From Patescibacteria group bacterium (GTDB taxonomy: Bacteria; Patescibacteriota; Patescibacteriia; Patescibacteriales; UBA12465), in the NCBI GenBank assembly GCA_021734825.1, contig JAIPIE010000001.1, positions 1 to 46,055 of the forward strand: a stretch of 46,055 nt of DNA, written 5' to 3'. Both the position numbers and the translations under genes were made by a program. The notes under the pieces are model-generated. The model searched no databases. It was not told the origin of the DNA and worked only from the letters and a program-made list of their open reading frames with translations. Positions 1-11,046 of the stretch are shown piece by piece. Position 1 is the stretch's first letter. Every line of letters starts with the position of its first letter.

Positions 1-1
1 A

Positions 2-871
2 GAGCCAAATCTTACGGTGAATCCTGATGAAGTAGTAGCAATGGGCGCGGCCGTTCAGGCTGGTGTCTTGCAAGGTGATGTGAAAGATGTTTTATTACTC
101 GATGTTACTCCTTTAACTTTAGGTATCGAAACTTTAGGTAGTGTGGCCACTCCTTTAATCGAGCGCAATACCACTATTCCAACGTCTAAGTCACAGGTAT
201 TTTCAACTGCAGCCGATGGCCAGACTAGTGTGGAGATTCACGTTGTTCAGGGTGAGCGTCCAATGGCGGCTGATAATAAATCTTTAGGTAGATTTATTCT
301 TGATGGCATTCCTTCTGCTCCTCGCGGCGTACCTCAAGTTGAGGTTAAATTTGATCTTGATGCTAATGGGATTTTAAATGTGAGTGCTACTGATAAAGCT
401 ACTAATAAACAGCAGAATATTACTATTACTGCTTCTTCTGGTCTGTCTAAGGAGGAAATCGAGAAAATGCAAAAAGAAGCTGAGGTCCACGCTGAAGAAG
501 ATAAGAAGAAAAAAGAAGAAGTGGAAATAAAAAATCAATCCGATGCTGTTGTCTTTACCTCTGAAAAAATGATTAAAGAGTCTGGTGATAAGATGAAGGC
601 TGAAGATAAAACTGAATTAGAAGCAAAAATAGCAGAATTAAAAAAGGCTCAAGAGGCTAATAATTTTGAAGAAATTAAAAAAGGTATGGAGGCGGTAAAC
701 ACAGTTGCTCAGAAAATTGGTGCGGCTATGTATCAGCAACAACCGGGGGCAGAGGCTGCCGACGCCAGTGCGGACAATAAAGAAGCGGAAACAGAATCAA
801 AAGAAGCTCAAAAAGAAGAAGATACTGTGGTTGAGGGCGAAGTTGATGAGAAGTCCGACGAAAAAAAATAA
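2..871 (+). CDS. dnaK: Molecular chaperone DnaK (Hsp70), C-terminal part; 5' end lies outside the window
   Basis: The reading frame is open from the window edge. Translation ...[18 protein letters not shown]...[15 protein letters not shown]...[13 protein letters not shown]... matches the conserved Hsp70 substrate-binding domain, followed by a helical lid and acidic tail. dnaJ lies immediately downstream. Confidence 0.96.
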   Translation, partial: EPNLTVNPDEVVAMGAAVQAGVLQGDVKDVLLLDVTPLTLGIETLGSVATPLIERNTTIPTSKSQVFSTAADGQTSVEIHVVQGERPMAADNKSLGRFILDGIPSAPRGVPQVEVKFDLDANGILNVSATDKATNKQQNITITASSGLSKEEIEKMQKEAEVHAEEDKKKKEEVEIKNQSDAVVFTSEKMIKESGDKMKAEDKTELEAKIAELKKAQEANNFEEIKKGMEAVNTVAQKIGAAMYQQQPGAEAADASADNKEAETESKEAQKEEDTVVEGEVDEKSDEKK

Positions 872-888
872 TTCATTAATTTTTTTAG

Positions 889-915
889 CGACCCTCTCTA
901 TAGCAGAGAGGGTCG
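889..915 (+). other. GC-rich 11-bp stem-loop between dnaK and dnaJ (cgaccctctct / agagagggtcg, loop atagc)
   Basis: Perfect inverted repeat read directly. Only a weak U-tract follows (ttgg), so it is more likely an mRNA stabiliser or partial attenuator than a full terminator. Confidence 0.5.
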
Positions 916-962
916 TTGGCTTGAGTAAGTGAATTAATTAAAATAGGTAGAACTTATTATAT

Positions 963-2036
963 ATGTCAAAAGACTATTACAAAGACCTTGGTGTTGATAA
1001 AAATGCCAGCGCCGATGAAATTAAGGCGGCTTTTCGTAAAAAAGCACATGAGCATCATCCCGACAAGGGTGGTAATGAGGCAAAATTTAAGGAAATAAAT
1101 GAAGCTTATCAGGTTCTTGGCAATACGGAAAAACGCAAACAATATGATCAATTCGGTTCTTCTTTTCAAAACGGACAAGCTGGTGGGGCTTATGGTCAGG
1201 GTTTTGGTGGTTTTAATGGCGGTGTTAATATTAATATGGATGATCTTGGTGATATTTTTGGCGGCTTCGGCGATATCTTTGGTTTTGGCGGATCTTCTTC
1301 AGCTCAACAGGGACCGGAACGAGGCAGAGATTTAGAGATGAGCTTAAGTATTGATTTCCTTGATGCGGTTCACGGCACAGAAACAGAGATAAGTTTTCCT
1401 CATTTAAAAAAATGTTCGTTTTGTCACGGTAGCGGACATGCTCCCGATGCTAAAATTACTACTTGCGCTACCTGTAAAGGTAGCGGGAGAATTAGTCGGG
1501 TGCAAAGAACTATTTTAGGAGCTGTACAAACCCAAGTTGTGTGCCCCGATTGTCATGGCGAAGGTAAAAAGGCTAGTGCTAATTGTAATAATTGCCATGG
1601 ACAAGGTCGCGTCAAAGAAGTTGAGACAATTAAAGTGAAAATTCCAGCTGGCATTAATCAGGGCGAGAGCATTCGTCTGGCCGGTTATGGTGATGCTGGC
1701 GAAAAAGGGACTAGTGGTGGCGATTTGTTTCTACGTGTTAGAATAAATGCCCATCAACACTTTAAACGTGAAGGGGATGATATTCATACTCAAGCAGAAA
1801 TCAACATTGTTCAGGCAAGTCTTGGTGACACAATTGATGTAGATACTGTCCATGGTAATTTTAAGTTAAAGATACCCGAAGCCACTCAAGGACAAACAAT
1901 CTTCCGTTTAAAAGGGAAGGGCGTCATTCATTTACATGGTCGTGGTCAAGGCGACCACTTTGTACGCGTGAAAGTATTAATTCCTAAAAATTTAAATAAA
2001 AAGCAAAAAGACTTGCTAAATGAACTAAATTTATAA
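963..2036 (+). CDS. dnaJ: Co-chaperone DnaJ (Hsp40)
   Basis: J-domain with the HPD motif (KKAHEHHPDKGG), a G/F-rich linker, and four CxxCxGxG zinc-finger repeats (CSFCHGSG, CATCKGSG, CPDCHGEG, CNNCHGQG). Confidence 0.97.
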   Translation: MSKDYYKDLGVDKNASADEIKAAFRKKAHEHHPDKGGNEAKFKEINEAYQVLGNTEKRKQYDQFGSSFQNGQAGGAYGQGFGGFNGGVNINMDDLGDIFGGFGDIFGFGGSSSAQQGPERGRDLEMSLSIDFLDAVHGTETEISFPHLKKCSFCHGSGHAPDAKITTCATCKGSGRISRVQRTILGAVQTQVVCPDCHGEGKKASANCNNCHGQGRVKEVETIKVKIPAGINQGESIRLAGYGDAGEKGTSGGDLFLRVRINAHQHFKREGDDIHTQAEINIVQASLGDTIDVDTVHGNFKLKIPEATQGQTIFRLKGKGVIHLHGRGQGDHFVRVKVLIPKNLNKKQKDLLNELNL

Positions 2037-2044
2037 GTTTTTAA

Positions 2045-2072
2045 TTGACTTTTTCTCCTTAAATGCTACTAT
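2045..2072 (+). promoter_or_regulatory. Sigma70-like promoter TTGACT-16-TACTAT upstream of the Cys-rich mini-ORF
   Basis: The hexamers ttgact (2045-2050) and tactat (2067-2072) were read directly. The spacer is 16 nt. Confidence 0.4.
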
Positions 2073-2108
2073 AAATATAGATAGTTTTAACAATTAATTT
2101 ATAAAATT

Positions 2109-2258
2109 ATGTGTAAATGCGAGTGGCTTAAGAAATTATTAGGCTTGAAAAAAGAATGTTGCTGTCATACTAAAAAGAGTGCTCCCGTAAATTCTGAGGC
2201 CGTTGTCGAGTCAGCACCTGAAGTTGGGTCTGAGCCTTTAAAACAAGCATCAGAATAG
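2109..2258 (+). CDS. Unannotated 49-aa cysteine-rich small protein (MCKCEWLKKLLGLKKECCCHTKKSAPVNSEAVVESAPEVGSEPLKQASE)
   Basis: ATG..TAG ORF below the 60-aa cutoff of the ORF track. It sits alone in a 318-bp gap with a promoter-like element upstream and an intrinsic terminator downstream. No homology is recognised. Confidence 0.35.
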   Translation: MCKCEWLKKLLGLKKECCCHTKKSAPVNSEAVVESAPEVGSEPLKQASE

Positions 2259-2318
2259 GTTTTAACACAGTCTGTAGAAGAAGAGTCTGTTTCTCAACAA
2301 TAATTTGCTTTAAAATAT

Positions 2319-2346
2319 AAAAAAACGCCTTCACAGCGTTTTTTTA
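2319..2346. terminator. Intrinsic terminator (aaaaaacgc-cttcaca-gcgttttttt)
   Basis: A short GC core stem extended by A/U pairs. An A-tract on the 5' side and a T-tract on the 3' side make it potentially bidirectional. Confidence 0.6.
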
Positions 2347-2354
2347 TCATCTTT

Positions 2355-3212
2355 ATGTTTATCGACACCCATGCCCATGTTAATTTTAAAGATTTTAAAG
2401 ACGATGCCGATGGGGTAATTCGCCGGGCTTTGGATAATGATACTTGGATGGTTTTGGTTGGTTCTGAGTCTAAAACCTCTAATCGCGCCTTAAGTCAAGC
2501 TAATCGTTATGAAAAAGGTGTATATGCCGCTGTTGGTTTGCATCCAGTACATTTAGAGGAACAAATTGTCTTTAATAACGATGAAAATGGTGAAGGGGAA
2601 TATAATTTTACCACTAGAGCAGAGGAGTTTAACTATGATACTTACGAAAAACTAGCAAAATTTGAAAAGGCTGTTGCTATCGGTGAGATTGGCTTAGATT
2701 ATTATCATCTTGATCAAACGAAAGATGTCGCTGCTATTAAGCGACGTCAGCAAGAGGTGTTTTTAAAACAATTATTATTGGCTCGTCATCTTGATTTACC
2801 TGCGATTATTCACTGCCGTCAAGCTCATGATGATTTATTGAGTATTTTAAGAGATTTTCGTAAGGTTTATGCTGAATTTATTCCTAATGATCGTCCCTGG
2901 GGGGTGATCCATTGCTTCTCTGGCGATGAAGATTTAGCTTGGAAATATTTTTCTTTAGGTTTAATCATTTCTTTTACTGGTTTAATTACTTTTAGTAAGC
3001 AATGGGACGATGTTTTACGCAAGATACCTCTAAATAAGTTTATGATTGAAACAGATTCTCCATATATGACTCCAGAACCGTATCGAGGCCGTCGTAATGA
3101 GCCTCTTTTAGTCCAGTATGTTGCTGGTAGAATCGCAGAAATTAGAAATTCTACGGTTGAAAAGATCGCGTCTGCCACTACTGAAACGGCTCGCAGCTTT
3201 TTTAAAATTTAA
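2355..3212 (+). CDS. tatD: TatD-family metal-dependent hydrolase/DNase
   Basis: N-terminal FIDTHAHVNF (HxH metal motif), plus GEIGLDYY, IIHCR and ETDSPYMTP motifs typical of the TatD/YcfH family. Confidence 0.9.
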   Translation: MFIDTHAHVNFKDFKDDADGVIRRALDNDTWMVLVGSESKTSNRALSQANRYEKGVYAAVGLHPVHLEEQIVFNNDENGEGEYNFTTRAEEFNYDTYEKLAKFEKAVAIGEIGLDYYHLDQTKDVAAIKRRQQEVFLKQLLLARHLDLPAIIHCRQAHDDLLSILRDFRKVYAEFIPNDRPWGVIHCFSGDEDLAWKYFSLGLIISFTGLITFSKQWDDVLRKIPLNKFMIETDSPYMTPEPYRGRRNEPLLVQYVAGRIAEIRNSTVEKIASATTETARSFFKI

Positions 3213-3248
3213 GACGTGTTTTCCTCAGGATTCTGATTTTTATCAGTC

Positions 3249-3277
3249 TTGACTTATTTTAAAAACAGGTGTATATA
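3249..3277 (+). promoter_or_regulatory. Putative atp operon promoter TTGACT-17-TATATA
   Basis: ttgact at 3249-3254 and tatata at 3272-3277, with a 17-nt spacer, 35 nt upstream of the first atp gene. Confidence 0.45.
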
Positions 3278-3311
3278 ACAAGTGGTTTAGATAAATTTAT
3301 TTAGGATTGAT

Positions 3312-3605
3312 ATGGATAAAACGTCGATGAAGCAGATAATTATTTCCAGTGCCGCTTACAGTCTTTCTTCTATTTTCGGACCCTTGCTGTTTCTTGGTGT
3401 TCCCGCTTATTTTCTGGATAAATATCTAGGCACTAAGCCAATGATTCTGCTGGTAGCAGTTTTTATCGCCTTTATTACTAGTAATATTCTTTTATTTAGA
3501 AAAGTTAAGATTATTAATCAGATGATTTCTTCCTACATACCGGTAGAGGGTAAAAAAGAAGAAAATTCTAAGACAGGCTCTGATTTATCTGCAAACAATA
3601 ATTAA
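3312..3605 (+). CDS. atpI: AtpZ/AtpI-like small membrane protein of the ATP synthase operon
   Basis: A 97-aa protein with two predicted TM helices in the first position of the atp operon, directly before atpB (2-nt gap). Confidence 0.6.
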   Translation: MDKTSMKQIIISSAAYSLSSIFGPLLFLGVPAYFLDKYLGTKPMILLVAVFIAFITSNILLFRKVKIINQMISSYIPVEGKKEENSKTGSDLSANNN

Positions 3606-3607
3606 TT

Positions 3608-4360
3608 ATGAGACTAGATATTTCTTTGGCTCCGGAGACCCTATTTCATATCGGCTCGCTGGCTATTTCGAATTCATTTTTCTGGCTGATAGTGGTCTCT
3701 GTTTTTTTATTGGTAGGGACTTTTTTTCTAAACAGGAGCTTGAAGATGCGTCCAGGTAAAATTCAGAATATTGTAGAAATGCTTTTGGCCGGTGCTTATG
3801 ATTTTGTTGAAACTACTGTCGGTGATAAAAAAGTGGCAAGAAGATCTTTTCCTTTAGTTTTTACTCTCTTCTTTTTTGTTTTGTTTAGCAATTTAATGAC
3901 ATTTATTCCTGGACAGGCGGCAGTTACGATTCAAACCGCTGATGGAGTTGTTCCTTTATTTCGTGCGATTATCGCTGACTATGGCTTAGTCTTTATGATG
4001 ACCATGCTCTCGGTTTTAATCACTCAGATTGTGGCAATTTATGTGACTGGCCCCTTTAAGTATATTGGTCGTTTTTTAAATTTTAGCAGTCCCCTAAATT
4101 TCTTTTTAGGTTTAATGGATTTAATTGGAGAAGTGGCTAAGATTATGTCTCTGTCTTTTCGTTTGTTTGGTAATATTTTTGCTGGTGAAGTTTTGGGAGC
4201 AGTCATGTTATTTTTATTCCCCTTTTTCTTACCCTTACCTTTTGCTTTTTTAGGCTTACTTACAGCTGTAGTTCAGGCCTTTGTGTTTGCCGTTTTAACT
4301 CTCGTCTTTATTTCTATGGCCGCCACTGTCACTGAAGCAGAAGTTGAAAGTGCAAAGTAA
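3608..4360 (+). CDS. atpB: F0F1 ATP synthase subunit a
   Basis: A polytopic protein with the conserved stator arginine motif SFRLFGNIFAGE. Operon position is consistent. Confidence 0.95.
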   Translation: MRLDISLAPETLFHIGSLAISNSFFWLIVVSVFLLVGTFFLNRSLKMRPGKIQNIVEMLLAGAYDFVETTVGDKKVARRSFPLVFTLFFFVLFSNLMTFIPGQAAVTIQTADGVVPLFRAIIADYGLVFMMTMLSVLITQIVAIYVTGPFKYIGRFLNFSSPLNFFLGLMDLIGEVAKIMSLSFRLFGNIFAGEVLGAVMLFLFPFFLPLPFAFLGLLTAVVQAFVFAVLTLVFISMAATVTEAEVESAK

Positions 4361-4378
4361 TTTAATATAATAAAATAA

Positions 4379-4630
<252 letters not shown>

Positions 4631-4643
4631 AAAACAGAAATCG

Positions 4644-4680
4644 TCCGCCCCTTTATTAAAATAAGTGGCGGATTATTTTG
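4644..4680 (+). other. Stem-loop plus T-run between atpE and atpF (tccgcc...ggcgga)
   Basis: A 6-bp GC stem with a partly paired interior, followed by ttatttt. Stem-loops after atpE are commonly linked to the high c-subunit stoichiometry. Confidence 0.45.
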
Positions 4681-4698
4681 CTTTTTAATTATTATTAT

Positions 4699-5196
4699 AT
4701 GGGTTTAATTCAAGCTCTTGGCATTGACGGCCGCATTCTTTTGGCACAATTTTTAAATTTTGCCGTTTTAGTATTTGTACTTTGGCGTTTTGCCTATAAG
4801 CCTGTTTTTAAAATTTTGGAAGAAAGACGTTTAAAGATTGAAAAAGGTTTAGATGATGCTGATACTGCCGCCAAAAGCTTACTTTTGACTGAAGAAGAAA
4901 ATAAGCAATTACTTATTAAGGCCCGTCAAGAAGCTAGTGTTATTATCGAAAATGCTCAGAAACAAGCTGATTTACGTCAGCAAGCAGTTGTTGGCAAGGC
5001 AGAAGAGGAGATTGCTGCTATTACTGAAAAAGAAAGAGCCAAGATTAGTGCAGAAAAAGAGGCAATCATGTCGCAATTGAAAAATGAAGTATCATCTTTA
5101 GTATTGGCTGGTTTGCAACAGTTTTTATCTGAAAATATGACTGATAAGCGTGATCAAGAAGTTGTCTCAAAAATCGTCAATAATTTAGAGAAATAA
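4699..5196 (+). CDS. atpF: F0F1 ATP synthase subunit b
   Basis: An N-terminal TM helix followed by a long charged coiled coil. I prefer the ATG at 4699 over the TTG at 4678, because the latter overlaps the preceding hairpin and T-run. Confidence 0.88.
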   Translation: MGLIQALGIDGRILLAQFLNFAVLVFVLWRFAYKPVFKILEERRLKIEKGLDDADTAAKSLLLTEEENKQLLIKARQEASVIIENAQKQADLRQQAVVGKAEEEIAAITEKERAKISAEKEAIMSQLKNEVSSLVLAGLQQFLSENMTDKRDQEVVSKIVNNLEK

Positions 5197-5207
5197 TTCA
5201 ACAGTTT

Positions 5208-5612
5208 ATGAAAGCAAGCGTTAGACAATATGCCCGCAGCCTGTTTGAACTAGTAGCGGATAAATCAGAGGCAGAAGCTAAAGCTTTGATTGCTAAATTT
5301 ATTATTTTTCTACATCGCCGCCAAGACCTGAATAAGGCGGAAGCAATTATTGAAGAGCTTGATCGTTTATATGAGATTCAAAATGGAGAAATAAAAGCTG
5401 AATTAATCAGTGCTCGTCCTTTAGCCAAAGAAGCTAAAGATAAGATTGCAGAGTATTTAGCTAAGCGTTTGGGTGGAGGAGAGGTTAAATTGAGTGACCG
5501 CCTTTCTCCTGAATTACTAGGTGGTTTTGTTTTGCGCTATAATGGCATGGTTATTGATGGCAGCTTACAAAACAACTTACGCAAATTTAAAAAACAACTT
5601 TTAACTAATTAA
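5208..5612 (+). CDS. atpH: F0F1 ATP synthase subunit delta (short, 134 aa)
   Basis: Lies between atpF and atpA. The C-terminal [18 protein letters not shown] matches the OSCP/delta signature. Confidence 0.85.
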   Translation: MKASVRQYARSLFELVADKSEAEAKALIAKFIIFLHRRQDLNKAEAIIEELDRLYEIQNGEIKAELISARPLAKEAKDKIAEYLAKRLGGGEVKLSDRLSPELLGGFVLRYNGMVIDGSLQNNLRKFKKQLLTN

Positions 5613-5617
5613 ATTAT

Positions 5618-7141
5618 ATGTCTAACACCAAAGACTTTATCGTTGAACAAATCAAAAGTCAGATTGCTGATTTTAAGGCTGAAGTTGAAGAAAGCAGCGT
5701 CGGGCGCGTTTTAAAGATTTCCGACGGTATCGCTCTAGTTTCTGGTTTAACTGAAGCCATGATGAGCGAAATTTTACTTTTTAAATCTGCTCACGGTGAA
5801 ATTGCCGGCGTCGCTTTAAACTTGGAAGAGAATCTAGTTGGCGCCATTATCATGGGCGAATTTGATGGCATTAAAGAAGGAGATGAAGTTGTTTGCACTA
5901 AACGTATTTTAAGTGTTCCCGTTGGTGAAGCTTTAGTCGGTCGTGTAGTTAATCCTTTGGGGGAAGCTATGGATGGCAAAGGCGCTTTAGACACAAAAGA
6001 GTTTTATCCAGTAGAAAAAATTGCTCCTGGTGTTATTACTCGTGCTTCTGTAAATGAACCGGTGCAAACTGGTATTAAGGCGATTGATTCCATGATTCCG
6101 ATTGGACGTGGACAACGCGAATTAATTATTGGTGATCGTCAAATTGGTAAAACTGCTATTGCTATTGATGCAATTATCAATCAGAAGGGTCAAAACATGA
6201 AATGTATTTATGTGGCAATTGGTCAGAAAGAATCCAAGGTGGCTGATATCGTGCGTAAATTGGAGGCTGCTGGAGCCATGGAATATACCACCATCGTTTT
6301 AGCTGGAGCTTCCAATCCTGCCGCTTTACTCTATATCGCTCCTTATGCTGGTTGTGCGATGGCTGAATATTTTCTTGATAAAGGTGAAGACGTTTTAATT
6401 ATTTATGATGATTTATCCAAGCATGCTGTTTCCTATCGTGAAATCTCCTTACTACTCCGTCGCCCACCAGGACGTGAAGCTTATCCGGGTGACGTTTTTT
6501 ACCTGCATTCTCGTTTATTAGAAAGGGCTTGTAAGTTAAATAAAGAAGAAGGTGGCGGTTCTATTACCGCTTTACCGATTATCGAAACTCAGGCCGGTGA
6601 TATTTCTGCTTATATTCCTACCAATGTTATTTCTATTACCGATGGTCAGATCTTTTTAGAACCAGATATGTTCTATAAGGGTAATCGTCCAGCGGTTAAT
6701 GCTGGTTTATCTGTTTCTCGCGTTGGTTCATCTGCTCAAATTAAAGCCATGAAAAAAGTGGCCGGAAAGATGCGTTTGGAAGCCGCTCAGTTTAGAGAGT
6801 TAGCTGCTTTTGCTCAATTTGGTTCTGATTTAGATGAGGAAACTAGCCGTAAACTGGAAAGAGGCAAGCGTTTATACGAAATTTTGAAACAAGATCAATA
6901 TCAGCCTTTATCCGTTGATAAGCAGGTAATCATTTATTATGCTTTAATTAATAAATATATTGACGATGTTCCAGTTGAAAAGGTGAGAGAATTTGAAGCA
7001 AATTTATATAAATATCTTGATGTAAACAATGAAGCTTCTAAAGCTATCTTAGAAAAGAAAGAATTAGATGCAGACGTTGAAGAGAAGATTAAAACCGCTT
7101 TAAGTAATTATAAAGAAACTCTTGATTATTTAGTGAAGTAG
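5618..7141 (+). CDS. atpA: F0F1 ATP synthase subunit alpha
   Basis: Walker A GDRQIGKT, plus the strongly conserved [26 protein letters not shown]. Confidence 0.98.
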   Translation: MSNTKDFIVEQIKSQIADFKAEVEESSVGRVLKISDGIALVSGLTEAMMSEILLFKSAHGEIAGVALNLEENLVGAIIMGEFDGIKEGDEVVCTKRILSVPVGEALVGRVVNPLGEAMDGKGALDTKEFYPVEKIAPGVITRASVNEPVQTGIKAIDSMIPIGRGQRELIIGDRQIGKTAIAIDAIINQKGQNMKCIYVAIGQKESKVADIVRKLEAAGAMEYTTIVLAGASNPAALLYIAPYAGCAMAEYFLDKGEDVLIIYDDLSKHAVSYREISLLLRRPPGREAYPGDVFYLHSRLLERACKLNKEEGGGSITALPIIETQAGDISAYIPTNVISITDGQIFLEPDMFYKGNRPAVNAGLSVSRVGSSAQIKAMKKVAGKMRLEAAQFRELAAFAQFGSDLDEETSRKLERGKRLYEILKQDQYQPLSVDKQVIIYYALINKYIDDVPVEKVREFEANLYKYLDVNNEASKAILEKKELDADVEEKIKTALSNYKETLDYLVK

Positions 7142-7174
7142 ACTTAGGGATAATCCCTTTAAAGATTTTTATCT

Positions 7175-8122
7175 ATGGCTAAGACCAAAGAAATATCACG
7201 GCGCATTAAATCCATTGGCAATACTAAAAAAATTACCAGAGCGATGGAGATGGTGGCAGCTGCTAAAATGAGAAAAGCAATTGAAGCGGTATTACGTACT
7301 CGTACTTACGCTAATTTAAGCTGGGAAACTGTTCTACATTTATCGGCCATGGCTAACGGTAATGGTGAGTTACGTCACCCTCTGTTATCCCAGAGAGCAC
7401 AAACGAAAAAAGCAGCTATTATTTTAATTACTTCTAATCGTGGTATGTGCGGCGCTTATAACACGGCCGTTATTAATAAAGCCAAAGAATCTATTAAGCT
7501 TCATCCGGATGTGCCGGTAGAATTTATTTTAGTGGGTAAAAAGGGAGCGACGGTTTATTCACAAAAACAAATTGTAGCCGCTGAGTTCCCTAAGAGCGAT
7601 GTTTTATCCGACTCAGCCGAAGTTACACCAATTATTAAAATGGCCATTGCTGATTTTTTGAGTGCTAAATATGATAAAGTTGTCGCGGCTTATACCGATT
7701 TTGTTAGTCCCGCCAAGCAAGTGCCACGCGTTAAGCAGTTGTTACCGGTAGATATTAGCACTGAAGATGAATTTTTAGGTATTGTCGGTGATCCCAAAAT
7801 CAGCGTTACTAAAGACCTAATAGCTGAAAAAGGTAGTAAACATTTATACGCTAATTCCGGTTTTGAATATATCTTTGAACCAAGTCCAGAAGAAGTTTTA
7901 GATAAAATCATTCCTCGTTTACTAGAGGTGCAGATTTATCAAGCTTTGCTAGAAGCTAATGCCTCTGAACATAGTGCTCGTATGAGTGCCATGCACCAAG
8001 CAACGGAAGCGGCCACGGAAATGGTAAGCGAATTAACTTTATTTTATAACAAAGCGAGACAGGCTGGTATTACCGCTGAAATTGCGGAAATTAGCGCTGG
8101 CGCTAATGCCTTACTTGACTAA
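7175..8122 (+). CDS. atpG: F0F1 ATP synthase subunit gamma
   Basis: N-terminal IKSIGNTKKITRAMEMVAAAKMRKA and C-terminal ITAEIAEISAGANAL are hallmarks of the gamma subunit. Confidence 0.96.
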   Translation: MAKTKEISRRIKSIGNTKKITRAMEMVAAAKMRKAIEAVLRTRTYANLSWETVLHLSAMANGNGELRHPLLSQRAQTKKAAIILITSNRGMCGAYNTAVINKAKESIKLHPDVPVEFILVGKKGATVYSQKQIVAAEFPKSDVLSDSAEVTPIIKMAIADFLSAKYDKVVAAYTDFVSPAKQVPRVKQLLPVDISTEDEFLGIVGDPKISVTKDLIAEKGSKHLYANSGFEYIFEPSPEEVLDKIIPRLLEVQIYQALLEANASEHSARMSAMHQATEAATEMVSELTLFYNKARQAGITAEIAEISAGANALLD

Positions 8123-8151
8123 ATATTTGAATTTTTAATTTTGAATTTTGA

Positions 8152-9552
<1,401 letters not shown>

Positions 9553-9560
9553 TAATTATT

Positions 9561-10001
9561 ATGGCCGATAAAAAAACAATTAAATTTGAGATTGTTACTC
9601 CTGAAAATACGGTTTTATCCAAGGAAATTATACAGGTAACAGTGCCAACTCAGGATGGAGAAATTACCATCTTGCCTGAACACATCCCCTTGGTTTCTAT
9701 TTTAATTCCAGGAGTTTTAGAGATTAAGACTGTAGATCAGGAAATGGAAATAATTTCCGTCTCTGGTGGTTTTATTGAAGTTTTGCGTGATAAAGTGGTG
9801 ATTTTGGCCGATACAGCAGAAAGAGCTCAAGATTTAGATGAAAATCTAATTGTAGCCGCCAAGACTAAGGCAGAGAAGGCTAAGGCAGATGCCTTAAGCC
9901 ATACAGATTATGACTTATCGGCAGTTGCAGCTAGACTGGAAGTAGAAATGGCGCGCGAACGAGCTTTGCATAAATGGCGCAAGTTAAAGAATGTAAAATA
10001 A
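9561..10001 (+). CDS. atpC: F0F1 ATP synthase subunit epsilon
   Basis: Last gene of the operon. It has an N-terminal beta-sandwich (FEIVTPE...) and a C-terminal helical hairpin. Confidence 0.9.
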   Translation: MADKKTIKFEIVTPENTVLSKEIIQVTVPTQDGEITILPEHIPLVSILIPGVLEIKTVDQEMEIISVSGGFIEVLRDKVVILADTAERAQDLDENLIVAAKTKAEKAKADALSHTDYDLSAVAARLEVEMARERALHKWRKLKNVK

Positions 10002-10013
10002 TTTTTAAATAAA

Positions 10014-10045
10014 AATAAAAGCCCGCTACTTAGCGGGCTTTTTTG
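10014..10045. terminator. Bidirectional intrinsic terminator (gcccgc-tactta-gcgggc flanked by A- and T-tracts)
   Basis: A perfect GC stem between the convergent genes atpC and uppP. Confidence 0.85.
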
Positions 10046-10061
10046 TGTTTAAGAATTAATC

Positions 10062-10853
10062 TTAGAAATATAGAATGAAAGCCAGGATAAGTAAGGCAAT
10101 AATAATACGATACCAACCGAAGATGCGGAAATCATGTTTTTTGATAAATTTCAAAAAGAATTTAATACCTAAAACGGCGGTGATAAATGAAACAATGAGA
10201 CCGATTATCCAGAGATTTAATTCATCGCCACTTAAGATTGGCGGGGTTTTATATAAATCAAGCGCAGTGGCGGCGAACATGGTCGGCAAAGCAAGCAAGA
10301 AAGAGAACTCAACTATATTCTTTCGGGAAAGGCCCATGGATAGTCCTCCCATGATTGTAGCGGCGGATCGAGAAACACCCGGTACAATAGCTAGGGCCTG
10401 AAAAATACCAATATAAGCCGCCTGCCGATAGCTCAGACTGCTTAAATCTTTTTCTGCTTCTTCTGGCTGATCATAGTTACGGCGGGCAAAATATCTTTCT
10501 AATAAAATTATAATAATACCACCCACGAACAGAGTAGAGGCGATTAAAGGTAGGCTATCAAATAAATATTCTTTTACTAATTTATAGGCGGCTAGGCCGA
10601 TAATAGCGGTAGGGATAAAGGCGGCCGCAATCTTTAGAATTAATTTGGGGCTTTTGATAATCGTTTTGGCATATAAGACCGCTACCGAGAGAATTGCTCC
10701 AACTTGAATGGATATAAGAAAACTGTCTAAAAAGTCACTACTGGGGACTTTAAGGGCCTTAGCAGCGATAATTAAGTGGGCCGTGGAAGATATGGGGAGA
10801 AATTCAGTAATACCTTCAATTAGGCCTAGTAAAATTGAGTGAATAATGGTCAT
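10062..10853 (-). CDS. uppP: Undecaprenyl-diphosphate phosphatase (BacA/UppP)
   Basis: GLIEGITEFLPISSTAHL at the N-terminus and PGVSRSAATI in the middle are the two UppP signature motifs. The protein has 8 TM segments. Confidence 0.95.
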   Translation of the reverse strand: MTIIHSILLGLIEGITEFLPISSTAHLIIAAKALKVPSSDFLDSFLISIQVGAILSVAVLYAKTIIKSPKLILKIAAAFIPTAIIGLAAYKLVKEYLFDSLPLIASTLFVGGIIIILLERYFARRNYDQPEEAEKDLSSLSYRQAAYIGIFQALAIVPGVSRSAATIMGGLSMGLSRKNIVEFSFLLALPTMFAATALDLYKTPPILSGDELNLWIIGLIVSFITAVLGIKFFLKFIKKHDFRIFGWYRIIIALLILAFILYF

Positions 10854-10905
10854 AAGAATAAGATTATACTTTCATTCTAGCCTAATTGTCTATTGGAGGA
10901 AAGTA

Positions 10906-10934
10906 TTGACAAAAGATTGATATATTGTTATAAT
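10906..10934 (+). promoter_or_regulatory. Consensus sigma70 promoter TTGACA-17-(TGt)TATAAT
   Basis: ttgaca at 10906-10911 and tataat at 10929-10934, preceded by a TGn extended -10. Both hexamers match consensus perfectly. Confidence 0.65.
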
Positions 10935-10961
10935 TCTTAGTTCATTAAAAAATAGATTTAT

Positions 10962-11017
10962 ATTTGATTAATTACTAAATTCGTGTAATTTTAGGCGACT
11001 TTAGTAATTAATCAAAT
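10962..11017 (+). promoter_or_regulatory. Perfect 18-bp inverted repeat ATTTGATTAATTACTAAA-N20-TTTAGTAATTAATCAAAT in the leader of the lipoprotein gene
   Basis: I checked the arms at 10962-10979 and 11000-11017 base by base as exact reverse complements. The repeat lies between the consensus promoter and the ATG at 11047. It could be an operator or a 5'-UTR hairpin. Confidence 0.7.
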
Positions 11018-11046
11018 TATTCCTTAATCTCATAAATATTATAAAC

